Shown one piece after another: positions 25,526-34,926 of a DNA stretch of 63,756 nucleotides (its first letter is position 1; each line of letters starts with the position of its first letter). The notes beneath the pieces were generated by a model that saw nothing but the letters and a program-made list of their open reading frames with translations, had not been told where the DNA came from and did no database searches. This stretch comes from Nanobdellota archaeon (GTDB lineage Archaea > Nanobdellota > Nanobdellia > Woesearchaeales > JAHIVG01). The stretch is taken from NCBI GenBank assembly GCA_018816705.1, contig JAHIVG010000004.1, positions 1-63,756 of the forward strand, in the 5' to 3' direction. The position numbers were made by a program, and so were the translations under genes.

Positions 25526-27813
25526 GACATCGCCTCCTTGAGCGAGTTCTGCCATGCCTCTTTCAGGTTGGCTACCGGCTGGTTCCTGAGCCCTTTTATC
25601 ATGAAGTCATCCCTGCAGGTCTTGCCGAGGTTATGGTGCCAGAGTCCTCTCTCCTGAAGCATCCTCTTGACAGCCATCATCTTCTTGCTGTCCACCTCGA
25701 TGACATAGCCAGGGCTCTCTGAGAACAACAATGATGCCAACTCTCCGTTCGGCAACGATACATCAACCCCTAGACCGCCCATGATGGCCATCTCTGCCAG
25801 GCAGCACGCCAGGCCGCCGTCGGAAATGTCATGGCATGACAACAGCAATCCTTTATCTATCGCTTCGATGACGAACTCCATCTTTCCTCTTTCTTCCTTG
25901 AGGACTGGCTTGGGCACATTCTTCCCCAATTCTCCGTGTAGATGATAGAATACAGAGCCGCCTAATTCGTTGTTCCTCTTGCCGATAAGTATCAATCCTG
26001 AGCCTTCTTTCTTCAGGCCTGGGGTTATTGCCTTCTTGTAATCGTCCATGATTCCCAGGCAGGCTATCACCGGGCTTGGTGCCACAGAACTGCCCTTTGA
26101 TGATTCGTTGTAGAATGACACGTTCCCTGAGATGAACGGGATGGGTTCTTTCGAGAACGGCTTGCCTATCTTCCGAGCAGCGTGTGATATCCCTTTGACT
26201 GCCTGGACGAATTCCCAGAAGTACTGCGGCTTCTCGGGGTTGCCGAAGTTCAGGCAGTCTGTCATGGCAACCGGTTTTGCTCCGATGCATGCGACGTTGC
26301 GCATGGCCTCTGCTACTGCATTTATTCCGGCCCAATAAGGGTCGATCTTCCCGTATCTGGGGACTGCATCAGTCGACAATGCCACTCCCACTTTGCTGCC
26401 CGGCAGCGGAGCCAGAAGCCCTGCATCTGCCTTTCCAGGCGGGAAGACTGTCCTGCCTATGACAGAGGTATCGTAATGTTCGTAGATGTGATGTCTTGAG
26501 CAGATGTTGGGATGGGAGAGCATGCTTAGGAATGCCTTGTCCAAGTCGATATCTCTCAGCTTTGACTCTTTGAATGTCCTCTTCGGCGCCTTGGCTTTCC
26601 TTCTATAAGTGACACCAGAAGTCACTTCCATAATAGGTGCGTCGCATACCAGTTCGTCCTTGTACCATAACCTGTAGTCAGGGTTCCTCGTGATCTTGCC
26701 TATGACCTTTGCCTGCGCCTTCTCCGCTATCTCTGGCAGGGCGAAGTCCTCGTTGTATATCCTCAAAAGCTTTGATGTGAATGAAGGCGGGACTACCCAT
26801 GTGAACCTTTCCTGAGTCTCTGAGCAGGCCGTGACCCACGGGTCCATCTCGAATGCTGTGTGGATGTCGTCGATGATGAGTTCAATGCCGAAGCCGGCTG
26901 CCGATCCGAGTTCTGATGTGGCGCACATTATGCCTCCTGCTCCCATGTCTTTGAAGCCTACTGGGATGTTGTCCTTCCTGACCTCTTTGAATACTTGTGC
27001 CGTGGCCCTGAGCAGCATGTTCTTGAGGAAGGGGTCAGGCACCTGCACTGCTCCGCGGTTGGATTCCTTCGCCTGTTCGTCTAAAGTCAGGGATGCGAAG
27101 CTCGCGCCGCCGAAACCTGAGTTGTCGGTTGCCTTTCCCACGACGATGACGTCATACCCGACTGCATTCTCTGGAGCGTAGCTGTGGATGATATCTTTCT
27201 CTTTCACCAGGCCGAGGCAGACAACGTTGACGAGGCAGTTGTCGTCGAAGCTATCATCGAAGTATAGGTCGCCTGCCAATACAGGGATGCCTACTGGGTT
27301 GCCGTAGCCTGCTATGCCGTTCACAACCTCGTTTGCCACATATCTTGTGCGATTCTTGTTCTCGCCGAAAGTATTCCCGAATCTCAATGGATCCGCGGTG
27401 GCGATTATGTCAGCTCCCATGCACAATACGTCTCTCATGATGCCCCCTATTCCTGTTGCAGCGCCCTCGAAGGGCACGACCTGGCTCGGGTGGTTGTGTG
27501 ATTCGTGGCTCATGACGATGCCATATCGTTCTCCCCTGTGTTCGGTCAGGAAGACTATGCCGGAATCCTCCTTCGGACCGAGGATGACGTTTGATGCCTC
27601 AGTCGGGAGCATCTTCAATATCGGCCTGCTGCTCTTGTAGCTGGAGTGCTCAGACCACTGGATGTTGAATATGTGCAGCTCGGTCATGGTCGGGTCCCGA
27701 CTCAATTTCTTGACTATGGACCTGGCCTCCTGCACTGTCAAAGAGAGGGAATTCTTCTTCAAGAAGGCTGCCAGCTGCTTGTCGCTCAGCTTTGATATGT
27801 TTTCAGTCCGCAT
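25522..27813 (-). CDS. purL: Phosphoribosylformylglycinamidine synthase subunit PurL (763 aa)
   Basis: ..WSEHSSYKSS.., ..SHESHNHPS.., ..GAATG.GG..RD.., ..D.GAGG.. are repeated PurM-like domains typical of small PurL. Confidence 0.92.
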   Translation of the reverse strand: MRTENISKLSDKQLAAFLKKNSLSLTVQEARSIVKKLSRDPTMTELHIFNIQWSEHSSYKSSRPILKMLPTEASNVILGPKEDSGIVFLTEHRGERYGIVMSHESHNHPSQVVPFEGAATGIGGIMRDVLCMGADIIATADPLRFGNTFGENKNRTRYVANEVVNGIAGYGNPVGIPVLAGDLYFDDSFDDNCLVNVVCLGLVKEKDIIHSYAPENAVGYDVIVVGKATDNSGFGGASFASLTLDEQAKESNRGAVQVPDPFLKNMLLRATAQVFKEVRKDNIPVGFKDMGAGGIMCATSELGSAAGFGIELIIDDIHTAFEMDPWVTACSETQERFTWVVPPSFTSKLLRIYNEDFALPEIAEKAQAKVIGKITRNPDYRLWYKDELVCDAPIMEVTSGVTYRRKAKAPKRTFKESKLRDIDLDKAFLSMLSHPNICSRHHIYEHYDTSVIGRTVFPPGKADAGLLAPLPGSKVGVALSTDAVPRYGKIDPYWAGINAVAEAMRNVACIGAKPVAMTDCLNFGNPEKPQYFWEFVQAVKGISHAARKIGKPFSKEPIPFISGNVSFYNESSKGSSVAPSPVIACLGIMDDYKKAITPGLKKEGSGLILIGKRNNELGGSVFYHLHGELGKNVPKPVLKEERGKMEFVIEAIDKGLLLSCHDISDGGLACCLAEMAIMGGLGVDVSLPNGELASLLFSESPGYVIEVDSKKMMAVKRMLQERGLWHHNLGKTCRDDFMIKGLRNQPVANLKEAWQNSLKEAMS

Positions 27814-27843
27814 CTAACCCCGAAAACTGAGAGTTCCGTGCCG

Positions 27844-27873
27844 TATTTAAGGCTTTCGGTGAGTTGCTACTCT
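27844..27873 (-). promoter_or_regulatory. Conserved extended promoter element, copy 3 (upstream of purL)
   Basis: Plus strand reads TATTTAAGGCTTTCGGTGAGTTGCTACTCT. The TATA lies 31-39 nt from purL ATG 27813. Confidence 0.4.
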
Positions 27874-27933
27874 TGAATAAATATCAGAAAAACATTTATA
27901 TCAGCCCCTATTCCACTGGAATGGGGGAATGAT

Positions 27934-28737
27934 TTGCCAGAACCATTGAGAGAAGGACCTGCATATGAGAAGCTTACAGCCAGGTTGGAGGGGAATCCGA
28001 AACATTTTGCTAATATTTATACGAATCCCCAAGGTCTGTTGCTAGCTGGAACGCCAACAAGAATGAGTTCTTATTTGATAACCAAGCTAAATGAGGTGAT
28101 GCATGGTTTTGATCATCTGTTTGTCGCTTTTCCAAGGGGCACGGATTCCGATTTTTTTCCAATAGACTTTGTCCCTGTCACTCAAGGCATACCAAACAGA
28201 GAGCGCGATATTGAATTGCTCCCCGGGGTCTTAATATTCCATGAAGGACTTTTCGGAGCCGGCTATGACCCCGATACAGGCCAGTTCTATCGAAATGATG
28301 TTGTCCAGTTTGAGCCAGACATGTTCCATTTCGATGGCCTTGAAGAGGTCACACTTAGCAGGGACTTCAGGCATCCAAATTTCGCAAGCCTTTATGAACC
28401 TGAAATAGACCTGAAACCCAACTCGGAATTGGCATTGAGAGGAAGGATATATTCTGATCTTGGAAGGGTTGATAAACTTAAAACACTTCTTGCAGATGCT
28501 AATCCTGACCTTGCCATACCGGATGATTATGTTCTGTCAAGATGGATAGATTTTTATTGTGCCTGGCTTCTTCACCAAGCAACACCTATTCCTTCTGACG
28601 TGGCTATGGATCATTCATTCATTGCGAAAAAGGTGGAAGGAAGAACAGGAGATGGGACTCATGTTGTGGTCGGTGATATCGGAGGTCAAGTCCCAAAAGG
28701 GACTGTTGTCGCAAAATTAAGACCCTACAAAGGTTAG
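27934..28737 (+). CDS. Hypothetical protein (267 aa; TTG start, uncertain)
   Basis: Clean ORF in a visibly AT-richer stretch. A TATA-like ATTTATAT sits at 27894-27901. The first in-frame ATG is only at codon 44. No family recognised. Confidence 0.5.
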   Translation: MPEPLREGPAYEKLTARLEGNPKHFANIYTNPQGLLLAGTPTRMSSYLITKLNEVMHGFDHLFVAFPRGTDSDFFPIDFVPVTQGIPNRERDIELLPGVLIFHEGLFGAGYDPDTGQFYRNDVVQFEPDMFHFDGLEEVTLSRDFRHPNFASLYEPEIDLKPNSELALRGRIYSDLGRVDKLKTLLADANPDLAIPDDYVLSRWIDFYCAWLLHQATPIPSDVAMDHSFIAKKVEGRTGDGTHVVVGDIGGQVPKGTVVAKLRPYKG

Positions 28738-29885
28738 TTCAATACCTTGAGCGCCTCACCCACAGTATAGCAAGACCCTGTCACCAGCACCAGCTTCTCG
28801 TCCTTGGCTTTTTCCAAGGCTTTCTTGACTGATTTTATTATCTCGTGCGGCTTGGTGCAGTGCCTGGCCAGCAGCTCAGCAGGGCAGGCCCTCTCTGTCT
28901 TCGGCTCGCAGAAGATGAACCTGCTGGCCTTCTTCTCCAACACATGGATCATCCCCTTGTAATCCTTGTCTTTCAGTATGCCCACGACAGCCACGGCTCC
29001 GGATGGGAAATCATCGATGACTGTCTTCATCGCGTGCAGGTTGTGGGCGCTGTCCAGCAGGTAATTATTGATACGTTGCATCCTTCCCGGCCATCTCGTC
29101 TCCTGGATGCCGTCTCGAAGCGTCTCGGGCTTCACAGGATATTTCAGTTTCAATTGGTCTATGACCTTCTGGACGATAAGAGCGTTCTTGCGCTGGAACT
29201 CGCCGTCCAGCCCTGGTTTGATGACTGATTTATCCCTGACTTCGGTCACTGGAGATCTCATCTTGGACGCAACCCGTTTGATTACCTGCAAGGCCTCCCC
29301 TTCGGCACCTGTAACTACCGGTACTCTGGGCTTGATGATGCCAGCTTTCTCAGCGGCGATCTCTGGTATAGTATCGCCTAGCCATCCGATGTGCTCCAAA
29401 CCGATGTTGGTTATCACAGAAACCAGAGGAGTTATCACATTGGTCGCGTCAAGCCTTCCGCCCAGGCCTACCTCCATGACAGCTATCTTGACGCATTTCT
29501 GCTTGAAGTGCATGAACTGCAGGGCAGTAACTGCCTCGAAATATGTAGCGCCGGATCCTTTCAAGGAATCCTTGTGCTCTGACACCAGGGCTGCCAGCTC
29601 ATCATCTGTTATGTGCTCGCCATCGACCCAGAAGCGTTCGTTGATCTTTATCAGGTGGGGGCTTGTGGCCAGGCCTGTACTGTAACCTGCCTTGTGCAGG
29701 ACTGTCGCAAGCATGGCTGCAACAGATCCCTTGCCGTTCGTGCCAGCGATATGGACATAATCCATCCCCTCTTCAGGGTTGCCCATCATGGCCAGGAGCT
29801 TCTCCATCCTGTCCAGGGACAGGTCCCAGCCCTTGGCCTTCAGGGATTCGAGGAAATTCAAGGATTCTATGTGATCCATTTTCAT
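28734..29885 (-). CDS. folC: Folylpolyglutamate synthase/dihydrofolate synthase (Mur ligase family, 383 aa)
   Basis: P-loop HIAGTNGKGSVAAML, then ..EVGLGGRLDATNV.. and ..DSAHN.. . Start set to ATG 29885 (MKMDHIESL..). The ORF-track start 29942 is also possible. Confidence 0.85.
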   Translation of the reverse strand: MKMDHIESLNFLESLKAKGWDLSLDRMEKLLAMMGNPEEGMDYVHIAGTNGKGSVAAMLATVLHKAGYSTGLATSPHLIKINERFWVDGEHITDDELAALVSEHKDSLKGSGATYFEAVTALQFMHFKQKCVKIAVMEVGLGGRLDATNVITPLVSVITNIGLEHIGWLGDTIPEIAAEKAGIIKPRVPVVTGAEGEALQVIKRVASKMRSPVTEVRDKSVIKPGLDGEFQRKNALIVQKVIDQLKLKYPVKPETLRDGIQETRWPGRMQRINNYLLDSAHNLHAMKTVIDDFPSGAVAVVGILKDKDYKGMIHVLEKKASRFIFCEPKTERACPAELLARHCTKPHEIIKSVKKALEKAKDEKLVLVTGSCYTVGEALKVLN

Positions 29886-29990
29886 GATGATGTTCGTGAC
29901 CTTAAAAAATTTTTCCACTCGGACATTATAGCATGATAGCACTCAGAAGGAGCAAAAGTATTAAAAACATGAGTTCACTCCCCCATTGAT

Positions 29991-30524
29991 ATGGACTTGG
30001 ATATTTCACACACAGCAACTATCTATATATGGGAAGGAGCGCAGCCTTTTGATATTGATGATGTCCTATTCCCATTAGGTGGAATGGTAACACCTGCTTT
30101 AGGCGAGTTACAGGCTACCGGATTAATAAGGAGACCACTATATTGCTCGCCGACTCTTAGGATTTATCCTGTTACAAAGGAGATGGAAGAAGAGCATAGA
30201 AGGCAAGGTGAGTTAGAGAAGGCATATAAGAGATCAGGATTTGCCACACCCATACTTGAAGAGAGATTGGCAAAGTATGGTCTACCAGTCCCTGACCATG
30301 AGATTACATTCGTTCCGCGTTATGAGAACAAGGGAGTTGAACTGAAACAAATTGCAGCTGTTGCAGTACACTTAGATATAGATATTCATAGAGGAATGAA
30401 AGTCCTTGCTGTTCCTGGCACATCTTTAGAGAAAGATTGGTTGTATGCCTCTGAGGAGATAGCTGATAAATTGGGGATGACTGTCCCTAGTGAGGTCTTC
30501 ACAACTCCTTCTGCTCCCCAATGA
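29991..30524 (+). CDS. Hypothetical protein (177 aa)
   Basis: Clean ORF with lower GC than its neighbours. No family recognised. Confidence 0.5.
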   Translation: MDLDISHTATIYIWEGAQPFDIDDVLFPLGGMVTPALGELQATGLIRRPLYCSPTLRIYPVTKEMEEEHRRQGELEKAYKRSGFATPILEERLAKYGLPVPDHEITFVPRYENKGVELKQIAAVAVHLDIDIHRGMKVLAVPGTSLEKDWLYASEEIADKLGMTVPSEVFTTPSAPQ

Positions 30525-30786
30525 CTTCTTTCTCTCTCAGCTCCTCGACCTCAGAATATTCCCTTTTCCGCTCATCAATGAGCTTCCTGAGGGGATCCCT
30601 CAATTCCTGAGCAGAATTCCTCACGAAAGTTTTCAGCTCTTCTGGCAGGTTCTTGCCGTGGAGGTCCATCAGCCGGGATAGCATCCTGGCCTTGAGAAAG
30701 GGGTCTTCCAGGTTTTCGACCATCATCTTGAAGTATTCGGTCTTCTGCCTCTTTTCCATCTCTTCAAAGCTCTCATCATCTAGCAT
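30499..30786 (-). CDS. Hypothetical helical, charged protein (95 aa)
   Basis: ORF convergent with 29991-30524 (26-nt overlap). Highly charged and predicted helical. Confidence 0.45.
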   Translation of the reverse strand: MLDDESFEEMEKRQKTEYFKMMVENLEDPFLKARMLSRLMDLHGKNLPEELKTFVRNSAQELRDPLRKLIDERKREYSEVEELREKEVIGEQKEL

Positions 30787-30920
30787 GCTAGCGCTCTCTT
30801 CTTCAAACGCATATAGGTCATGCCGTTCCTACGCTCAATCTGCCTGTGCATCACGCTTTTTCCCGTGACTGTTATGATGTTCATCTTTCTGTCTGAATAA
30901 TTGATGTACAACCCTCTCAT
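30780..30920 (-). CDS. Possible small ORF (46 aa), translationally coupled to 30499-30786
   Basis: Found by hand and below the ORF-track cutoff. ATG 30920 is preceded by GGGGGTG 8 nt upstream. Its stop overlaps the downstream ATG by 7 nt (ATGCTAG). Sequence: MRGLYINYSDRKMNIITVTGKSVMHRQIERRNGMTYMRLKKRALAC. Confidence 0.25.
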   Translation of the reverse strand: MRGLYINYSDRKMNIITVTGKSVMHRQIERRNGMTYMRLKKRALAC

Positions 30921-30999
30921 TGGCTAAACACCCCCATGCTCCCCTGGACTTCGGGGTATATAAAAGTTTCGATATCCTTTGAACATCACTTCAGAGTGG

Positions 31000-31012
31000 T
31001 TAAATATATAAA
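31000..31012 (+). promoter_or_regulatory. TATA box for the receiver-domain gene
   Basis: TTAAATATATAAA. A second TATATAAAA sits at 30957-30965. Confidence 0.35.
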
Positions 31013-31034
31013 CATGTGTTGTTTTCCATGTATC

Positions 31035-31409
31035 ATGGAAGGCAAAAAGAAGATAGTCTTTGCTGAGGATGAACTATTACAAAGAGTGTGTATAAGTGAT
31101 CTATTGCATGGATTAGGATATGTAGTGTATGTATTTGACAATGGCAAGGAAGCCTTTGAGATGATACCTAAGATAAATGAACGTTCCGGCTTGGACCTCT
31201 TGATAACTGATAACATGATGCCAGGTATGAGAGGTAGGGAGATAATCATGGCCTTGAACCAGGAGGGATACACATTCCCGATACTGGTGGTTTCAACAAA
31301 CGATATCACAAAACACGTTAAATATGGAGGCCGCCTGGAATTCTTGCAGAAACCTTATTCCTCGGATGATATCCAAGAGAAGGTTGAAGGCCTTATCGGC
31401 AAGCCTTGA
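31035..31409 (+). CDS. Stand-alone response-regulator receiver domain (CheY-like, 124 aa)
   Basis: Acidic pocket VFAEDE, phospho-acceptor LLITDNMMPGM, ..VVST.. and ..LQKP.. (conserved Lys). Start chosen 23-35 nt downstream of the TATA at 31000-31012. ATG 31014 is the alternative. Confidence 0.7.
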   Translation: MEGKKKIVFAEDELLQRVCISDLLHGLGYVVYVFDNGKEAFEMIPKINERSGLDLLITDNMMPGMRGREIIMALNQEGYTFPILVVSTNDITKHVKYGGRLEFLQKPYSSDDIQEKVEGLIGKP

Positions 31410-32100
31410 CTACCATGGACAGGATGTCAGGCCTATTCGTGCATATTCCAACAAGGCCCAGCTTCATAAGCTCCCGTAGCTCTTCATAACGTTCTTCGTG
31501 CCAGGAGATGATGCCAATGCCTTCCTTCTTCAGGCTGTTTATCAGGTCCGGCGTAGAGAGCTTGTGCGGCCTCGCCAACCTATATTCCCAGCACGGATGG
31601 AAAAAGTCTGCTCCTGCAGACCTCACGACCGCGATAGGATCCATAGGGATGGCTGTCACCAGCACCGATGTCTTTATCCTCGGCTCCAGCTGTTTTATCT
31701 TCTTGAGCACGGGATGATGGAAAGATATGGCTATCGTCTTATCGATGTGACCGTTTTCAGTCACGATCCTGACAAACTCTTCTTCCATGCCCTGCACCTT
31801 GAGCTCGCAGTATAACCCGGCTTTCCCTTTAATGAGGTCGATTACGTCCCGCAGTGTCGGGATGGGCTCGCCGTTCTTCAGCTCGAATTTCCGAATCTCA
31901 CTAAGGCTCATGTCCCCTATTAGACCCTTCCCGGTCGTCGTCTTGCTCAGGTCGAAGTCGTGCATCACAATAAGTTCCCCGTCCTTGGACTTGTGCACGT
32001 CACATTCGACCCAATCCGCGCCCTGTTGGATGGCCTTCCTGAACGCTTTTGGAGAATTCTCAAGGAACAGTTCTGACGCGCCGCGGTGGGCTATCCTCAT
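31393..32100 (-). CDS. Glycerophosphodiester phosphodiesterase (GDPD family, 235 aa)
   Basis: MRIAHRGAS....ENS..AF..A...GAD.VECDVH.SKDGELIVMHD is the canonical GDPD N-terminus (H-R..E..D..H). Confidence 0.85.
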   Translation of the reverse strand: MRIAHRGASELFLENSPKAFRKAIQQGADWVECDVHKSKDGELIVMHDFDLSKTTTGKGLIGDMSLSEIRKFELKNGEPIPTLRDVIDLIKGKAGLYCELKVQGMEEEFVRIVTENGHIDKTIAISFHHPVLKKIKQLEPRIKTSVLVTAIPMDPIAVVRSAGADFFHPCWEYRLARPHKLSTPDLINSLKKEGIGIISWHEERYEELRELMKLGLVGICTNRPDILSMVVKACR

Positions 32101-32372
32101 GAGTCATATCCTTGGAGCCGCTGCAATTCCTGTATGGCACCCAGACGGTTCTCGGCCGAGCCTGGATTGGACCTGAGTATCTCTTCCTGTCTTCTGTAAT
32201 ATTCCAGGACTCTCTGGTATAGATCAGGCGTTGCAGTCTCTTGAGTTGGGCTTTTCAAGGCTGGAATACTTTCTTCCAGCATGGTCAGGACACCCCTCAA
32301 GTTGATTTCAGGGATGCCTTGAATACTGCTTATGACCTGCCCCAGCGCTTCCCTCACTTCTGTTTCTTGCAT
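32097..32372 (-). CDS. Hypothetical small protein (91 aa)
   Basis: ORF overlapping the GDPD start by 4 nt. No family recognised. Confidence 0.45.
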   Translation of the reverse strand: MQETEVREALGQVISSIQGIPEINLRGVLTMLEESIPALKSPTQETATPDLYQRVLEYYRRQEEILRSNPGSAENRLGAIQELQRLQGYDS

Positions 32373-32424
32373 ATCAACCCCCCTGAGCAGTGGTGGGAAA
32401 CGTTGATACTTTTAAATGTTGCTC

Positions 32425-33021
32425 TCAGCAAGAAATCTCCTGTAAGCCTTCTGTCAGGCAGACCACCCTGTTGTTGGCGACCTCGTAATGGCTGATGTCT
32501 GAGTTGTCTATCTTCTGCTTGCAGCAGAGGTTGTTGGCAGTGTTCTTTGCGAGCTCGTCGTAGTCATTCTGCATGCTGTCCAGTTCCTCTTCGTGGATCG
32601 CATCCCCGACGTTCAGCTGGCGCAGCCTCTCTTCGAGATCTGCCTCAAGCTCATCTATCTCTCCCTCAAATGCCTGGACCGTGAACGAGTAGTTGGTCAT
32701 CAGGGTGCTTAATTCGCTCCTGCACCCGGAGTACTGGCGCGCGTTCTGCTCTATCTTCAGCAACAGGTCCCTGTTGAACTCCTCGCAGGACGTGACTTTT
32801 GCCTGCTCAGATGATAGGTTCTGCCTCACCACAACGATGTCATGGCCATAGTCCTCGATGGAATAATTGGACCTCTGTATGGTCTGATAGGTCTCATATC
32901 CTATCACACCCGGCCTGATTACGAAAAATATCAGGAGGAAGAGCAGGACCACAGCCCCCACAGAGACCGCTATGGACATCTGGGTGTGCTTCTTGAACAA
33001 TCTCTCCATGCGCTCGAGCAT
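32425..33021 (-). CDS. Membrane-anchored coiled-coil protein (198 aa)
   Basis: N-terminal TM helix (IAVSVGAVVLLFLLIFFVI), a charged heptad-like ectodomain, and conserved-looking Cys pairs near the C-terminus. Confidence 0.55.
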   Translation of the reverse strand: MLERMERLFKKHTQMSIAVSVGAVVLLFLLIFFVIRPGVIGYETYQTIQRSNYSIEDYGHDIVVVRQNLSSEQAKVTSCEEFNRDLLLKIEQNARQYSGCRSELSTLMTNYSFTVQAFEGEIDELEADLEERLRQLNVGDAIHEEELDSMQNDYDELAKNTANNLCCKQKIDNSDISHYEVANNRVVCLTEGLQEISC

Positions 33022-33135
33022 GGCTGTTCAATAAGCTAAGAAGGATATAAAGGTTTTGAATATGTGGACAGGACTTCATAGTGGTTACATCACAATAAAA
33101 CATAAATATCATCCGCAATCTACAATGGTGGCATA

Positions 33136-33768
33136 ATGGATGTTCAACCTCTAGAATCCGAACATATCCAAAAAGGCCGAGTTCTACTTATGCCGTTCAA
33201 GGGCTGCCTGTGCCATTTTGAGATAATCAAGGTCATGGATGACAGTTGCACTGTCAAGGGGCCGTCCGGCATCACGAACCTGAGGATTTCGGCCATACAG
33301 GATGCGGTCCTGCTGCCAGAAGGGACTGTCTATGCTGTGGGGATGCAGGACTACATGATGCTGCCTTTCATGGGCTATCCTGAGATTCCGGCTGAGTTTG
33401 ATGAGTCAAGGGATATAATCGAGGCATTCTACCGTAATGGCAATTCATCCCCTCACATGCGCTCCGTAGATGACTTTGCTGCCATAACCCCCGGCTCGCA
33501 CCTGTTCCTCCACGGAACGAATCATTTTGTCGAGGTCCTGGTGAGGGAACGCTCCCTGGAAGGGGACATCATGACGATAACGCCCCATTACTTCGCCAGG
33601 GGCAGGTTCAAGCCCGATGGCACAGGCCATCCCATCCATTATGACATGCACGGCCACCACCCAACCGAGATCCACAAGCTCGTGGAGATACACAAGGCAG
33701 ATCACATCGACAGGCCGGACCTGTCCAACGGCAGGGTCTATCTGATCAACTTAGAGGGAAGGATTTAG
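33136..33768 (+). CDS. Hypothetical protein (210 aa)
   Basis: Clean ORF with a His-rich C-terminal part (HPIHYDMHGHHPTEIHKLVEIHKADH). No family recognised. Confidence 0.55.
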   Translation: MDVQPLESEHIQKGRVLLMPFKGCLCHFEIIKVMDDSCTVKGPSGITNLRISAIQDAVLLPEGTVYAVGMQDYMMLPFMGYPEIPAEFDESRDIIEAFYRNGNSSPHMRSVDDFAAITPGSHLFLHGTNHFVEVLVRERSLEGDIMTITPHYFARGRFKPDGTGHPIHYDMHGHHPTEIHKLVEIHKADHIDRPDLSNGRVYLINLEGRI

Positions 33769-34025
33769 CCCGATTTCAGATATTTCTCCTTTCGGAACAT
33801 ATATCAGTGACAGCATGGCAGCGGATTTCAAGGCTCATGTCAAGAACCTCAGGTCGTAGACCGCTGGCACGTCGCAGAATGCTCCGGAAGCTCGTGTTTT
33901 TTAACACCCAGAATTCCACTATGATACTACTCCTTCACCCACTGGTCGCCGAAAGGCACGAGGATGGCAGCTGAGGAGATCGCCCTGATTCTCACCTGAT
34001 GTTGTCGTTCTGGCTGCAGCGATGA

Positions 34026-34033
34026 TTTATATA
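34026..34033 (+). promoter_or_regulatory. TATA box for the amidinotransferase-fold gene (leaderless)
   Basis: TTTATATA lies 30 nt upstream of ATG 34056. Confidence 0.4.
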
Positions 34034-34055
34034 CACCATTTCCATCCCCATATAC

Positions 34056-34901
34056 ATGCTGTACGTGGACGACGAGACTTCCAGGTTAGAGGGGGTAATA
34101 CTAGGCATAGCTGATGACATCGGCGAGATAAGGCCGAACAATCCCAAGATAGCTGAGCACATTAGGAATGGCACGACCCCCACTCAAGGATCTATCATCC
34201 GCGAGGTTGAAGGATTCAAGCAGGTCCTCGAAGACAACGGGGTAAAGGTCTACCGGCCGGAGAACATCGATGGCGTGCTGCAGGTTTTTACCAGGGATAT
34301 CGGTTTTGTCATAGACAATAGGTTTGTCAGGGCCAGGATGCAGCATCAGAGCACGGAATCAGAATACAAGGCCATCACTCACCTCTTGAAGGGTTATGAT
34401 ATACTCGAGCCGCCCGAAGGTGTCCTCATCGAGGGTGGAGACATTGTCCTCGCTCCTGGGAAGGTGTTTGTCGGCATCGGCAAGCGCACCAACCAAGCAG
34501 GATACGAGTTCATCAGGGACAGTTTCAGGAATCGGTCGGTGTATCCGATGATGCCTTACGTGAGCGATGACCCACAGAAGAACGTCCTGCATCTGGACTA
34601 CGTGTTCCAGCCAGTGGGCGAGGAGCACATGCTCGTCTACGCCGAGGGCTTCAAGAGGTCGCCCGACCATATCTTCAGGCATTTCAAGCCGATCTTCCTC
34701 ACCCTGGATGAGAAATATCATCTTGCTTCTAACGTGCTCTCACTCTCTCCGGAGAAGGTCGTCTCTGCGAAAGGATTCACCAGGGTCAATGACGAGCTGA
34801 GGAAGATAGGCCTGGATGTGATTGAACTGCCATACGCAGAAGTGGCCAAGTTCAACGGTCTCTTCCGCTGCTCCACCTTACCTTTGTACCGCAAGCCTTA
34901 A
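34056..34901 (+). CDS. Amidinotransferase/DDAH-fold (guanidino-group-modifying enzyme superfamily) protein (281 aa)
   Basis: ..NVLHLDYVF.. (His/Asp) and the C-terminal ..NGLFRCSTLPL (nucleophile Cys near the C-terminus) are typical of DDAH/amidinotransferase/arginine deiminase folds. TATA at 34026-34033 lies 30 nt upstream, suggesting a leaderless transcript. Confidence 0.65.
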   Translation: MLYVDDETSRLEGVILGIADDIGEIRPNNPKIAEHIRNGTTPTQGSIIREVEGFKQVLEDNGVKVYRPENIDGVLQVFTRDIGFVIDNRFVRARMQHQSTESEYKAITHLLKGYDILEPPEGVLIEGGDIVLAPGKVFVGIGKRTNQAGYEFIRDSFRNRSVYPMMPYVSDDPQKNVLHLDYVFQPVGEEHMLVYAEGFKRSPDHIFRHFKPIFLTLDEKYHLASNVLSLSPEKVVSAKGFTRVNDELRKIGLDVIELPYAEVAKFNGLFRCSTLPLYRKP

Positions 34902-34926
34902 AAACCAAAGCTACTGAATATGCTGT

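Noticed and set aside
33769-34055. 287-nt intergenic region as a possible small RNA. It has a TATA-like ACATATATC at 33797, a 6-bp stem CAGCGG/CCGCTG and a T6 tract at 33897-33902
   Set aside because: The stem is short and begins upstream of where transcription would start. I recognise no conserved RNA family. The 63-aa ORF at 33992-34183 (minus strand) is hydrophobic shadow sequence. Left unannotated.
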